Positions 39,633-64,000 of a stretch of DNA of 64,000 bases are shown piece by piece. Source of the DNA: the human T2T-CHM13v2.0 reference genome, Homo sapiens; the NCBI RefSeq assembly GCF_009914755.1, contig NC_060946.1. The stretch is one strand, 5' to 3'. The stretch's first letter is position 1; each line of letters starts with the position of its first letter. Under the pieces are notes generated by a model. That model was not told where the DNA came from. It did not search any database and saw only the letters and a program-made list of their open reading frames with translations. Position numbers and translations under genes: made by a program.

Positions 39633-41538
39633 TTAATCATCTGTTGGCTGGGTGTGGTGGCTCACACCTGTAATCTCAGCACTTTGGGAGGCCAAGGTAG
39701 GCGGATCACCTGAGGTCAGGAATTCAAGACCAGCCTGGCCAACATGGCAAAACCCCGTCTCTACTAAAAATACAAAAAGTAGCTGGGCATGGTGGCGGGC
39801 ACATGTAATCCCAGCTACTCGGGAGGCTGAGGCTTGAATCGCTTGAACCAGGGAGGTAGAGGTTGCAGTGAGCCGAGATGGTGCCACTGCACTCCAGCTT
39901 GGGCAACGGAGTGAGACTCCGTCTCTAAAAAAATTAATTAATGAATTAATTAATCATCTGTTGAAAAGGACCTGTCTCCAAATACAACCACACATTGAGG
40001 TAGAGGGGTTAGGGCTTCAATATATTGATTTTTGGGAGAAACAGGGCAACATGGCAACAAGCCACAGTCACTGTGGGCGGGCCTGAGTGGGGAGTGCAGG
40101 GGTTCCTGTCCTGTGTGTCTGTCTCACAGGGGAGTCCCGACCTGACCCTCACAGCCCCTCCACCCAGACCTTCCTGCATGTTCCACCCAGCCCACCCTCC
40201 TGCACCCAAGAGCACCCAGCCCTCCCTCCTGCTCATGCCCCTCCCTTCTCAAATCCCTCCCAGCAGTGCAGCTCTGGGCTAGGACACAGCCTAGGGAACG
40301 TGACTGAGAAAGAGCCAAGAAAACTTGATCAGTGATCAAGTTGGTGTTTAAGTAAGATTTTCAATAAAAAGTAGAATTGGGTACTACATGGAGGCCTGAG
40401 ATGTTCAGAGCTTTTTGAGAAAGCAGAACAGAAAGTAGAAGGGCAACCAGGAACCAGAGGTGCCAGAGAACCGGAAGCGCGGGCCCTCCGAGGAGACAGG
40501 GAGTGGGCACCTGGGTCTTGGGCCTGTCGACAAACAGAGTCAAACTCTGTAAAATATTTGAAGAGACGTATTCTGAGCCAAATACGAGTGACCATGGCCC
40601 GTAACACAGGGCTCAGGAGGTCCTGATAACATGTGCCCAAGGTGGTGGGGGTGCAACTTGGTTTTATATATTTTAGAGAGGCAAGAGCTATCAATCAAAT
40701 ACATTTGAGAAATACAGGAGCTGGGTACAGTGGCTCATGCCTGTAATCCCAGTGCTTTGGGAGGCTGAGGTGGGTGGATCATGAGGTCAGGAGTTCGAGA
40801 CCAGCCTGGCCAACACAGTGAAACCCTGTCTCTACTAAAAATACAAAAAATTAGCCGGTGTGATGATGTGCACCTGTAATCCCAGCTACTCAGGAGGCTG
40901 AGGCAGGAGAATCACGTGATCCTGGGAGACGGAGGTTGCAGTGAGCCGAGATCACGCAAGGGCACTCCAGCCAGGGCGACGGTGTAAGACTCCATCTCAA
41001 AAAAAAAAGAAAGAAATACATTGGTGGCTGGACACAGCAGCTCACGCCTGTAATCATAGCACTTTGGGAGGCCGAGCCAGGTGGATCACGTGGGGTCAAG
41101 AGTTTGAGACCAGCCTGGCCAACATGGCAAAACCCTGTCTCCACTGAAAATACAAAAATTAGCTGAGTGTGGTGGTGGGCGCCTATAACCCCAGCTACTT
41201 GGGAGACTGAGGCAGGACAATTGCGTGAACCCAGGAGGCAGAGGTTGCAGTGAGCCAAGAGCATGCAACTGCATTCCAGCCTTGGAGACAGAGCAAGACT
41301 CTGTATCAAAAGAAAAGAAAAGAAATACATTGGTTTGGTTCAGAAAGGTCGGATGACTCAAAGTAAGGGGAGGGGGTTTGGGGGGCTTCCAGGGTACAGG
41401 TAAATTTAAATATTTTGTGGGCCAGGCACAGTGGCTCACACCTGTAGTTGCAGCACTTTCGGAGGCTGAGGCAGGCGGATCACGAGGTCAGGAGATAGAG
41501 ACCATCCTGACTAACACGGTGAAACCCCATCTCTACTA

Positions 41539-41751
<213 letters not shown>

Positions 41752-42184
41752 CTAGAGACCTGGCATCCATAGAAAGGAAACGTTCAGGTTAATATAAAAG
41801 ATTGTGGAGACCAAGGTTCTTTCGAAGTCTCATAGTGGCTGCCCTTAGAGACAATAGATGACAAATGTTTCCCATTCAGGTCTTTAAAAGGTGCAATTAG
41901 TTAATATGTTTAGGACTGGGAAGGTCTGGAAGAAAAAGATCCAGCTATATTAATAGAGATTCTTTACAGATGCAAATTTTCCCCCACAAAGGACAACTTT
42001 GCAGGGCCATTTCAAGATATGTCAAAGAAACATGATTTGGGGTAAAATGTTTTGTCTTCTTTGTCACGTAATTTTGTGCCTGAGTCAGACTGGAAAATAT
42101 CTCACAATATATAGGGTTAAATAAAACCCATCTGGGCCGGGTGCAGTGGCTCATGTCTGTAATCCCAGCACTTTGGGAGGCCTA

Positions 42185-42409
<225 letters not shown>

Positions 42410-42513
42410 TCAGTCTTAATTAAAATAAAATGAAATAAAATAAAATAAAAATAGAAGCCATCTGATGAGGATATATGCTTGGTAGGGCATGACTCCCCAG
42501 ACCTCTTAGATAG

Positions 42514-44728
42514 TGTCACACACGTCCGTGTGAAGAGAGTCCACAGTAGGCTTTGTATGAGCAACAAAGTTATTTATTTCACTTGGGTGCAAGTGGGCTG
42601 AGTCCGGAAAGAGAGTCAGCAAAGGGAGATAGGGGTGGGGCAGTTTTATAGGATGTTGGTGGGCAGTGGAAAATTACAGTCAAAGGGGGTTTTTCTCTTG
42701 TGGGCAGGGGCAGGGCTTACAAGGTGCTTGGTGGGGGAACTTCTGAGACTCATTGTCCAGGAGAAATAACTTCACAAGGTAATGTCATCAGTTAAGGCAG
42801 GAACCGGCAATTTTTACTTCTTTTGTGGTTTTTCAGTTGCCTCAGGCCATCTGGATGTATTTGTGCAGGCTTGGGCTCAGAGGCCTGACATTCCTGTCTT
42901 CTTATATTAATAAGAAAAATAAAACAAAATAGCGGTGAAGTGTTGGGGCAGTGAAAGTTTTTGGGGGTGGTATGGAGAGATAATGGGTGATGTTTCTCAG
43001 GGCTGGTTTGAGTGGGATTAGGGGCATCATGGGAGAGATTAAACTGAAGAAAGATTTTGGGGTAAAGGGTGATAAACCAAGTGTGATCAGGGTGAGGAAC
43101 AGGAAAGAAGGAAATATGAGGAAATGGAGTGAATGCCAGGTGGATCAGAGAGATACAGTCATGGGGGTCAGATGTGGTATCAGGAATAATGTGGGAGGCC
43201 GGATTTAAGTCTGGGCCAGGAACAATGATAATTGTGGGAGACTCAACAAAGAGTGAGAACAACTGAAGGAGCTGGAGGTCAGAAAGTATATGTGTCAAGT
43301 GTGAAGAGAAAAATAGATTTTGAAATTTATGGGAACTGTAGAGAGTAAGTGGAGCATGAGCATAGCTTTTGATTTTGAAGGCCTCTAAAAGTATAAAGCA
43401 GCGGCAGCCACTGCACAGAGACATGTGGGCTAGCCCAGAACAGTAAGGTCGAGTTGTTTGGACAGAAAGGCTACAGGGTGCTGTCCCGGCTCTTGTGTAA
43501 ATTCCGACCGCACAGTCTTGTACTTCGGCTGTGTGTAATGGAAAGGGTTGGGTTGAGTTAAGAAGCGCTAGTGTGGGAGCAGCTTCTAGGGCTGTTTTTA
43601 AGGCATGGAAAGAGGAGTGGGGAAGAATTTAGGATCTATGGGGTCACCTAGGTTTCCTTTTGTGAGTTTATGTAATGGTTTAGCCAGGATGGCAAAACCA
43701 GGTATCCAAAGGCAAAAGTACTTAACCATGCGTAGGAAGGAAAGGAGTTGTTGCTTTGTAGAAGGGGCTAGGGTTTGGGAGATTTGCCAGACACAATCAG
43801 CAGGGAGATCACGCGTGTTTTCATGAAGAATTACAGTGAGGTAGGTAACGGATGGAGACAAAATTTGAGCTTTGGAGGGGGATACCCGATATCCTTTGGA
43901 GAATAAATGTTAAAGGAGCAGGAGGGTGTCTTGTTGAGAAGATTCAAAGGAGGGGCTATAAAGTAGAAGATCATCAAAATATTGAATAATGTGAGAAGTA
44001 GATGGACGGAAAGAAAGTAAATCATGAGAAAGAACCTGGCTGAAGTAATGAGGGCTGTCCCTGAAGTCTTGTGGCAGGACAGCCCAGGTAAGCTGCTGGG
44101 ACTGATGGTGTCAAGGTCAGTCCAGGTAAAAGCAAAGAGAGGCTGGTATGAGGGGTGCAGGGGAACAGTGAAAAAAGCATCTTTAAGATCAAGAACGGAA
44201 TAGTGAGTTGTGGAGGAAGGTATTGAGGACAAAGAGTGTACGGGTTGGGCACCACCGGGTGGATAGGCAAAACAATTTGGTTGATAAGGCACAGATCCTG
44301 AACTAACCTGTAATACTTGTCCAGTTTTTGGACAGGTAGGACAGGAGAGTTGTAAGGAGAGTTTGTAGGCTTTAAAAAGCCATATTGTAACAGGCTGGTG
44401 ATAAGAGGCTTTAACCTTTTTAAAGCCTGCTGTGGGTTGGGATATTGGCATTGAGCAGGATAAGAGTGATAGGGGTGGGACAGTTTTATAGGATTTGGGT
44501 GAGTAGTGGAAAATTACAGTCAAAGGGGATTTTTCTCTTGCGGGCAGGGGTGGGGGTTACAAGGTGCTTGGTGGGGGAGCTTCTGAGACTCATTGTCCAG
44601 GAGAACGGATTTCACAAAGTAATGTCATCAGTTCAGGCAGGAACCGGCCATTTTCACTTCTTTTGTGGTTCTTCAGTGCCTCAGGCCATCTGGATGTATA
44701 CTCGCAGGCTGGGCTCAGAGGACTGACA
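42514..44728 (-). mobile_element. Second, internally deleted HERV-H (~2.2 kb): full 3'LTR 42514-42890, RT/RNase H fragment, partial 5'LTR ~44467-44728
   Basis: tgtcac...ctgaca termini; TSD gatag/ggtag; empty site visible near 14328 and 51159; [16 protein letters not shown]. Confidence 0.9.
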
Positions 44729-45539
44729 GGTAGGAATTTGGGAAAGATAAAAAAAAAAAATCAGAGCTTAGTCCTCACGCCTATAACTAAAAATAGAATC
44801 CTTAGCCCCCACTTACCAACTTTGGCCCCTAGTGGCCAAAGGTATCTCAGAAAAACCTTAAAACTGAGTTCCTGGCCATGATGGGAGGGGAGGTCAGGCA
44901 CGCCTCATTATCACCCCTCCCTTTTGCAGTTTAGACACAACTGACCAGCAGTAATGTTAAAACAGAATCATAAGACCGGCAGAACCAGAACAGACTCTTC
45001 ATGGCAATCAGATACCAAATCACAACCAGGACCTCAGGCCGTGCCAGGCAAGGGTGAGGTCACACACCCTACACTTCAACAGTCAACTCTGTTCTGCCTG
45101 CCACAAGGTTTTTCTTTTGCTTGTTTAGCAGCTAAACAAGAACTGCCTCGAGATAAAGAAGATGAAAACAATCGCAGCTCATCCAGCGCGCTGACACGGA
45201 GCAACAGAGCCCCTGCTCCACAGCCCTAACTCCAGCTTTCCCTGGGCAAGAGACTGATTTCAGTAACTTCCTCCAGATCAGAAGACCACTGACAACAGAC
45301 TGGTTCTGCATGGTTTACAGACCTGGCAAATTTCGGTGCCTTCATGTCCTGAAAAGACCCTTTGACATACAGGCTTAATTGTAGTACATTTAAATATTGT
45401 CCTTTAGGAGGCCGAGGTGGGTGGATCACGAGGTCAGGAGATCGAGACCATCCTGGCCAACATGGTGAAACCCCGTCTCTACTAAAAAGGCAAACATTAG
45501 CAGGGCGTGGTGGCGCACACCTGTAATCGCAGCTACTCA

Positions 45540-45662
<123 letters not shown>

Positions 45663-46136
45663 TCATGAGAGAGTTAAAGTTCGTCTTATTCTCACACTGA
45701 GATTTTGGAATGAGCTGTGTATTTTACACGTGCCAAAGTCTCTAATCAGAGCCCTATTTCAGGTGCTCAGTAGCTTCTGTGGTCAACCTTCAACTCCACG
45801 GGACAATGCTGTTCCAATGGCCTCCCCAGCAGAAGACAGGCAGGGAACAAGGCTGACCCCAGAGGGCCAGGCCACAGCAGGGGCTGAGGATGCCTGGTGA
45901 ATGGATGCCTGGGAGAAAGGATGCCAGAATTCGTGCTCGAGGACATGATGAAACAGGGAAAGACTCAATAGAATAAAGAAGGAAGGGGACGGGTGCGGTG
46001 GCTCACGCCTGTAATTCCAGCACTTTGGGAGGCTGAGGCGGGCGGATCACGAGGTCGGGAGTTCGAGACCAGCCTGGCCAATACGGTGAAACCCTGTCGC
46101 TACTAAAAATACAACATTTAGATGGGCATGGTGTCA

Positions 46137-46280
<144 letters not shown>

Positions 46281-46812
46281 TTAAAAATAAAGAAGGAAGG
46301 AGAAGGATGGAAGCGAATCTCAATGAACAAAATGCACTGGGACCTACTATGTACCCAGAAAAATGAAAAGTAAATAAATAAAATAAGGACTTGCATGGTG
46401 GTTTATGCTCATAGTCCTAGAACTCTGGAACTCTGGAAGGCTGAGGCAGGAGGATCGCTTGAGCCCAAGAGTTTGAGATCAGCCTAGGCAACATGCGAAA
46501 CCCATCTATACAAAAAGATACGAAAACATACAAAAAAAATTAGCCAGGTGTGGTGGCACGCGCCTGCAGTCCCAGCTAATCAGGAGGCTGAGGTAGGAAG
46601 ATCCCTTGAGCCTGGGAGGTCAAGGCTGCAGTGAGCCCAGATCGCACCACTGCACCCCAGCCTGGGCAACAGAGAGAGACCCTGTCTCAAAAATAAATAA
46701 ATAAGGAAATGCCCTGGGGCTCCAGGCCCACTCTCTGCTCCCATCGCCCCACTCCCGCACTCCTCCTGCTCCTAGTCTGAGCTCCCCCTGCCTTCCTCCT
46801 CCTCCTTCCCAG

Positions 46813-47091
46813 GTCAATCCTGAGACCCATAGTCATGCAGAAAGGTGCTTCCTCTCTTGGTTCTGCGACAACACACTGTCTCCTAACAAAAACTACCAGG
46901 TCACCTGGTACACATCTTGGAGCCCTTGCCCAGAGTGTGCAGGGGAGGTGGCAAGTTCCTGGCCAGGCACAGCAACGTGAAGCTCACCATCTTTGCCGCC
47001 CGCCTCTACTACTTCCAGTGTCCATATTACCAGCAGGGGCTCCACAGGCTGAGTCAGGAAGGGGCCTCCATGGAGTTCGTGGGCTACAAAG
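46813..47091 (+). pseudogene. Orphan APOBEC3 Z2 catalytic pseudo-exon with a 1-nt frameshift
   Basis: cccag|GTC...AAAG|gtgag, 279 nt versus 280; VNPETHSHAERCFLSWF...WSPCPECAGEVA, then frameshift and TGA at 46978-46980. Confidence 0.92.
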
Positions 47092-47228
47092 GTGAGACGT
47101 GGGGGGCTGAGGTGACTGGGTGCAGGAGGGACAGCATGGGGGGCAGATGGGTCTCCTGATATGGTGAACACCACCCGGACTGCGTGTATGTCCCAAATTA
47201 CAATTCTTTCTTTGCGAATGACATGTGA

Positions 47229-47975
<747 letters not shown>

Positions 47976-48334
47976 TGAGTAGCTGGGATTACAGGTGCCC
48001 AGAACCACTCTACTAATTTTTGTGTTTTTTAGTAGAGATGGGGTTTCACCGTGTTGGCCAGGCTGGTCTCGAATTCCTGACTGCCCACCTCGGCCTCCCA
48101 AAGTGCTGGGATTAAAGGCATGAGCCAGGGCACTTGGCCACCCTTCTCCTTGATGGACCCCCGCCAAGCGAATTTGTGCCCACACTAGAGGTCTCGTTTA
48201 AAGTAATCATCTCGGCCGGGCGTGGTGGTTCACGCCTGTAATCCTAGCACTTTGAGAGGCTGAGGCCAGCAGATCACTTGAGGTCAGGAGTTGGAAACAA
48301 GCCTGGTCAACATGGTGAAACCCCGTCTCTACTA

Positions 48335-48606
<272 letters not shown>

Positions 48607-48622
48607 TGAGGTCAGGAATTCA

Positions 48623-48820
<198 letters not shown>

Positions 48821-49689
48821 CTAAAAATATTAATTAATGAATTAATTAATCATCTGTTGAAAAGGACCTGTCTCCAAATACAACCACACATTGAGGTAGA
48901 GGGGTTAGGGCTTCAATATATTGATTTTTGGGAGAAACAGGGCAACATGGCAACAAGCCACAGTCACTGTGGGCGGGCCTGAGTGGGGAGTGCAGGGGTT
49001 CCTGTCCTATGTGTCTGTCTCCCAGGGGAGTCCCGACCTGACCCTCACAGCCCCTCCACTCAGACCTTCCTGCGTGCTCCACCCACCTCATTCCTCCTAC
49101 ACCCAACAGCACCCAGCCCTCCTGCCTCCTCATGCCCCTCCCTTCTGAAATCCCTCCCAGCAGTGCAGCTCTGGGCTAGGACACAGCCTAGGGAACGTGA
49201 CTGAGAAAGAGCCAAGAAAACACTCAGTGATGAAGTTGGTGTTTAAGTAAGATTTTCAGTGAAAAGTAGAATTGGGTACTACATGGAGGCTTGAGATGTT
49301 CAGAGCTTTTTGAGAAAGCAGAACAGAAAGTAGAAGGGCAACCAGGAACCAGAGGGGCCAGACACCGGAAGAGCGGGCCCTCCGAGGAGACAGGGAGTGG
49401 GCACCTGGATCTTGGGCCTGTCAACGAAGAGTCAAACTCAGTAAAATATTTGAAGAGATGTATTCTCAGCCAAATACGAGTGACCACGGCCTGTGACACA
49501 GCCCTCAGGAGGTCCTGAGAACATGTGCCCAAGGTGGTGGGGGTGCAGCTTGGTTTTATACATTTTAGAGGGGCATGGGCCATCAATCAAATACATTTAA
49601 GAAATACAGGAGCTGGGCGCGGTGGCTCACACCTGTAATCCCAGCACTTTGGGAGGCTGAGGCAGGTGGATCACGCGTTCAGGAATTCA

Positions 49690-49980
<291 letters not shown>

Positions 49981-50097
49981 TCACGAGGTCAGGAGATGGA
50001 GCCCAGTCTGGCCAACATAGTGAAACCGCGTCTCTACTAAAAATACACAAAAAGTTAGCCGGGCGTGGTGGTGTGCACCTGTAAACTCAGCTAGTCA

Positions 50098-50292
<195 letters not shown>

Positions 50293-50595
50293 TTAGTCCT
50301 GAAAGGTCAGACGACTCAAAGTGAGGGAAGCGGGGTTGGGGGGCTTCCAGGCTACAGGTAAATTTAAACATTTTCTGGTTGAGGATGGGTTGAGTTTGTC
50401 TAGAGACCTGGCATCCATAGAAAGGAAATGTTCAAGTTAAGATAAAAGACTGTGGAGACCAAGGTTATTTTGAAGTCTCATAATGGCTGCCTTTAGAGAT
50501 AATAGATGACAAATGTTTGCTATTCAGGTCTTTAAAAGGTCCAATTAGTTAATCTGTTTAGGACTGGGAAGGCCTAGAAGAAAAAGATCCAGCTA

Positions 50596-51177
<582 letters not shown>

Positions 51178-51891
51178 TTAAATAAAACAAATCAGAGCTT
51201 AGTCCAAAGGCCTATGAACTAAAAATAAAGTCTTTAGCCCCCACCGATCCCCCCCAACTTTGGCCCCCAGTGGCCAGGGGTATCTCAGAAAAACCTTAAA
51301 ACTGAGTTCCCAGCCATGATGGGAGGGGAGGTCAGGCACGCCTCATTATCACCCCACCCTTTTGCAGTTTAGACACAACTGACCAGCAGTAATGTTAAAA
51401 CAGAATCATAAGACGGGCAGAACCAGAACAGACTCTTCATGGCAATCAGATACCAAATCACAACCAGGACCTCAGGCCGTGCCAGGCAAGGGTGAGATCA
51501 CACACCCCACACTTAAACAGTCAACTCTGTTCTGCCTGCCACAAGATTTTTCTTTTGCTCTAGCAGCTAAACAAGCACTGCCTCCAGATAAAGATGAAAA
51601 CAATCCCACCTCACCCAGCGCCCGGACACGGAGTAACAGAGCCCCTGCTCCACAGCCCTAATTCCTACTTTCCCTGAGCAAGAGACTGATTTCTGTAACT
51701 TTCTCCAGATCAGAAGACCACAGACCATGGACTAGTTCTGAATGGTTTACAGACCTGGCAAATTTTGGTGCCTTCATGTCCTGAAAGGACCTTTTGACAT
51801 ACAGGCTTAATTGTGGTACATTTAAATGTTGTCTCCACCGCAATGTGAGGACGGATAATACAGCTGCTTTTTTTTTTTTTTTTTTTAATAG

Positions 51892-52599
<708 letters not shown>

Positions 52600-53396
52600 C
52601 TGACCTCAGATGATCCACCTGCCTCGGCCTCCCAAAATGCTGGGATTACAGGTGTGAGCCACTGTGCCCGCCTGGGATCATATGTTACACGCATGTTTGT
52701 TCAATAAGCATGGAGTGCAGCCACCCACATGAATATTCATAGCTCCTCCTGTAGCCTGTTCAATATGTATGTTTAGCTAACCCCTTCAGCATAAAGCTCC
52801 TGCCCCAACCCCTCCTGCTTCTAAATGTCTGTCTCTGGTGTTAACCAGAGGCTGCTCTTCCCAGGCTGCTGGATGGCTACCTTGCAGGCTGTCACCCTTA
52901 ACAAGAAATAAAGTGTCATTTGCAAATGCATCCCTTGTGTAATTTGTAGGTCACCGCGCCATGGGAACACGCTACCAGGGGAAGGGAGCTGTGAGACGCG
53001 CAGGGAGGCTCCAGACAGGCTGGCCTGGGACACCAGCCGCTGCCCTTCCATAACATGGGGACAAGAGAGGGCAAAAGTTCAGCCCACCACGGAGGATCTC
53101 CGGGCAGGAGATGGGGAAGAAGGAGAAGCAGGAAGGAAAGAGCTCAGTGTGGGGGCGCGCATGGCATCCCGGTGGGACATCTGAGGCCCACACCCACCTG
53201 CTGTCCCTCCCTCCCACGGTGGCCTCCGAGGGTGACGGCCTGGGGGGAGGCAGACGCCTGGCCATTTACTCTCCCTCCCTGTCCCCATGGCCGCTGGGTG
53301 GGGGCCGTCTCTGGGATGATCCCCGAGGGCAGGATCCGGGAGTCCCTGCGGAGGCATCAGCCTGTCTGTCTTGATGGTGGAGAGGAGGCTCCAGCT

Positions 53397-53490
53397 GGGC
53401 GGGACCACCAGGGGAGGGGCTTGTGCTCTGCTGGCTCAGCCTGGTGTGGACCCACCTCCCGGGCGCTGGCTGCAATGACTTTCTCTTTCC
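53397..53490 (+). promoter_or_regulatory. A3G core promoter: GC box (53397-53403) and IRF/NFAT-type site (53478-53490); further ISRE-like GAAAGTGAAA at 53723-53732
   Basis: Motifs read directly; consistent with known Sp1/IRF regulation of A3G. Confidence 0.7.
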
Positions 53491-53658
53491 CTTTGCAATT
53501 GCCTTGGGTCCTGCCGCACAGAGCGGCCTGTCTTTATCAGAGGTCCCTCTGCCAGGGGGAGGGCCCCAGAGAAAACCAGAAAGAGGGTGAGAGACTGAGG
53601 AAGATAAAGCGTCCCAGGGCCTCCTACACCAGCGCCTGAGCAGGAAGCGGGAGGGGCC

Positions 53659-53730
53659 ATGACTACGAGGCCCTGGGAGGTCACTTTAGGGAGGGCTGTC
53701 CTAAAACCAGAAGCTTGGAGCAGAAAGTGA
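53659..53730 (+). other. 23-codon uORF in A3G 5'UTR (MTTRPWEVTLGRAVLKPEAWSRK)
   Basis: gccATG...aagTGA; consistent with the reported A3G uORF linked to Vif-dependent translational repression. Confidence 0.85.
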
Positions 53731-53779
53731 AACCCTGGTGCTCCAGACAAAGATCTTAGTCGGGACTAGCCGGCCAAGG

Positions 53780-63974
<10,195 letters not shown>

Positions 63975-64000
63975 TGACCAAGTAGATTCTTTTAAAAATT

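Overview
This is primate (human-like) genomic DNA from the APOBEC3 cytidine deaminase cluster. All three genes are on the + strand: the 3' part of APOBEC3D (exons 3-7; exons 1-2 lie upstream of the window), all of APOBEC3F (7 exons, 373 aa) and the whole APOBEC3G coding region (8 exons, 384 aa). Exon boundaries were read from GT-AG sites and give continuous reading frames. The non-coding sequence is dense with Alus and ERV1 LTRs. It includes a near full-length antisense HERV-H provirus, an internally deleted HERV-H, solo LTR7s upstream of both A3F and A3G, and a sense LTR2/LTR15-like solo LTR after A3F. The genes themselves are well known. The less obvious signals are architectural: (i) intron 4 of A3D and A3F holds a fossil promoter plus a dead exon 1 (MKPQIR, donor GT>GG) of an A3C-like single-domain gene; (ii) stop codons and splice donors overlap at domain ends, leaving latent in-frame donors that could join A3D to A3F and A3F to A3G; (iii) an orphan frameshifted Z2 catalytic exon marks a lost gene between A3F and A3G; (iv) two independent HERV-H integrations hit the same 5 bp of the Alu consensus. 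Repeat family names come from recall of consensus sequences, not a search, and I cannot confirm which observations are unpublished.
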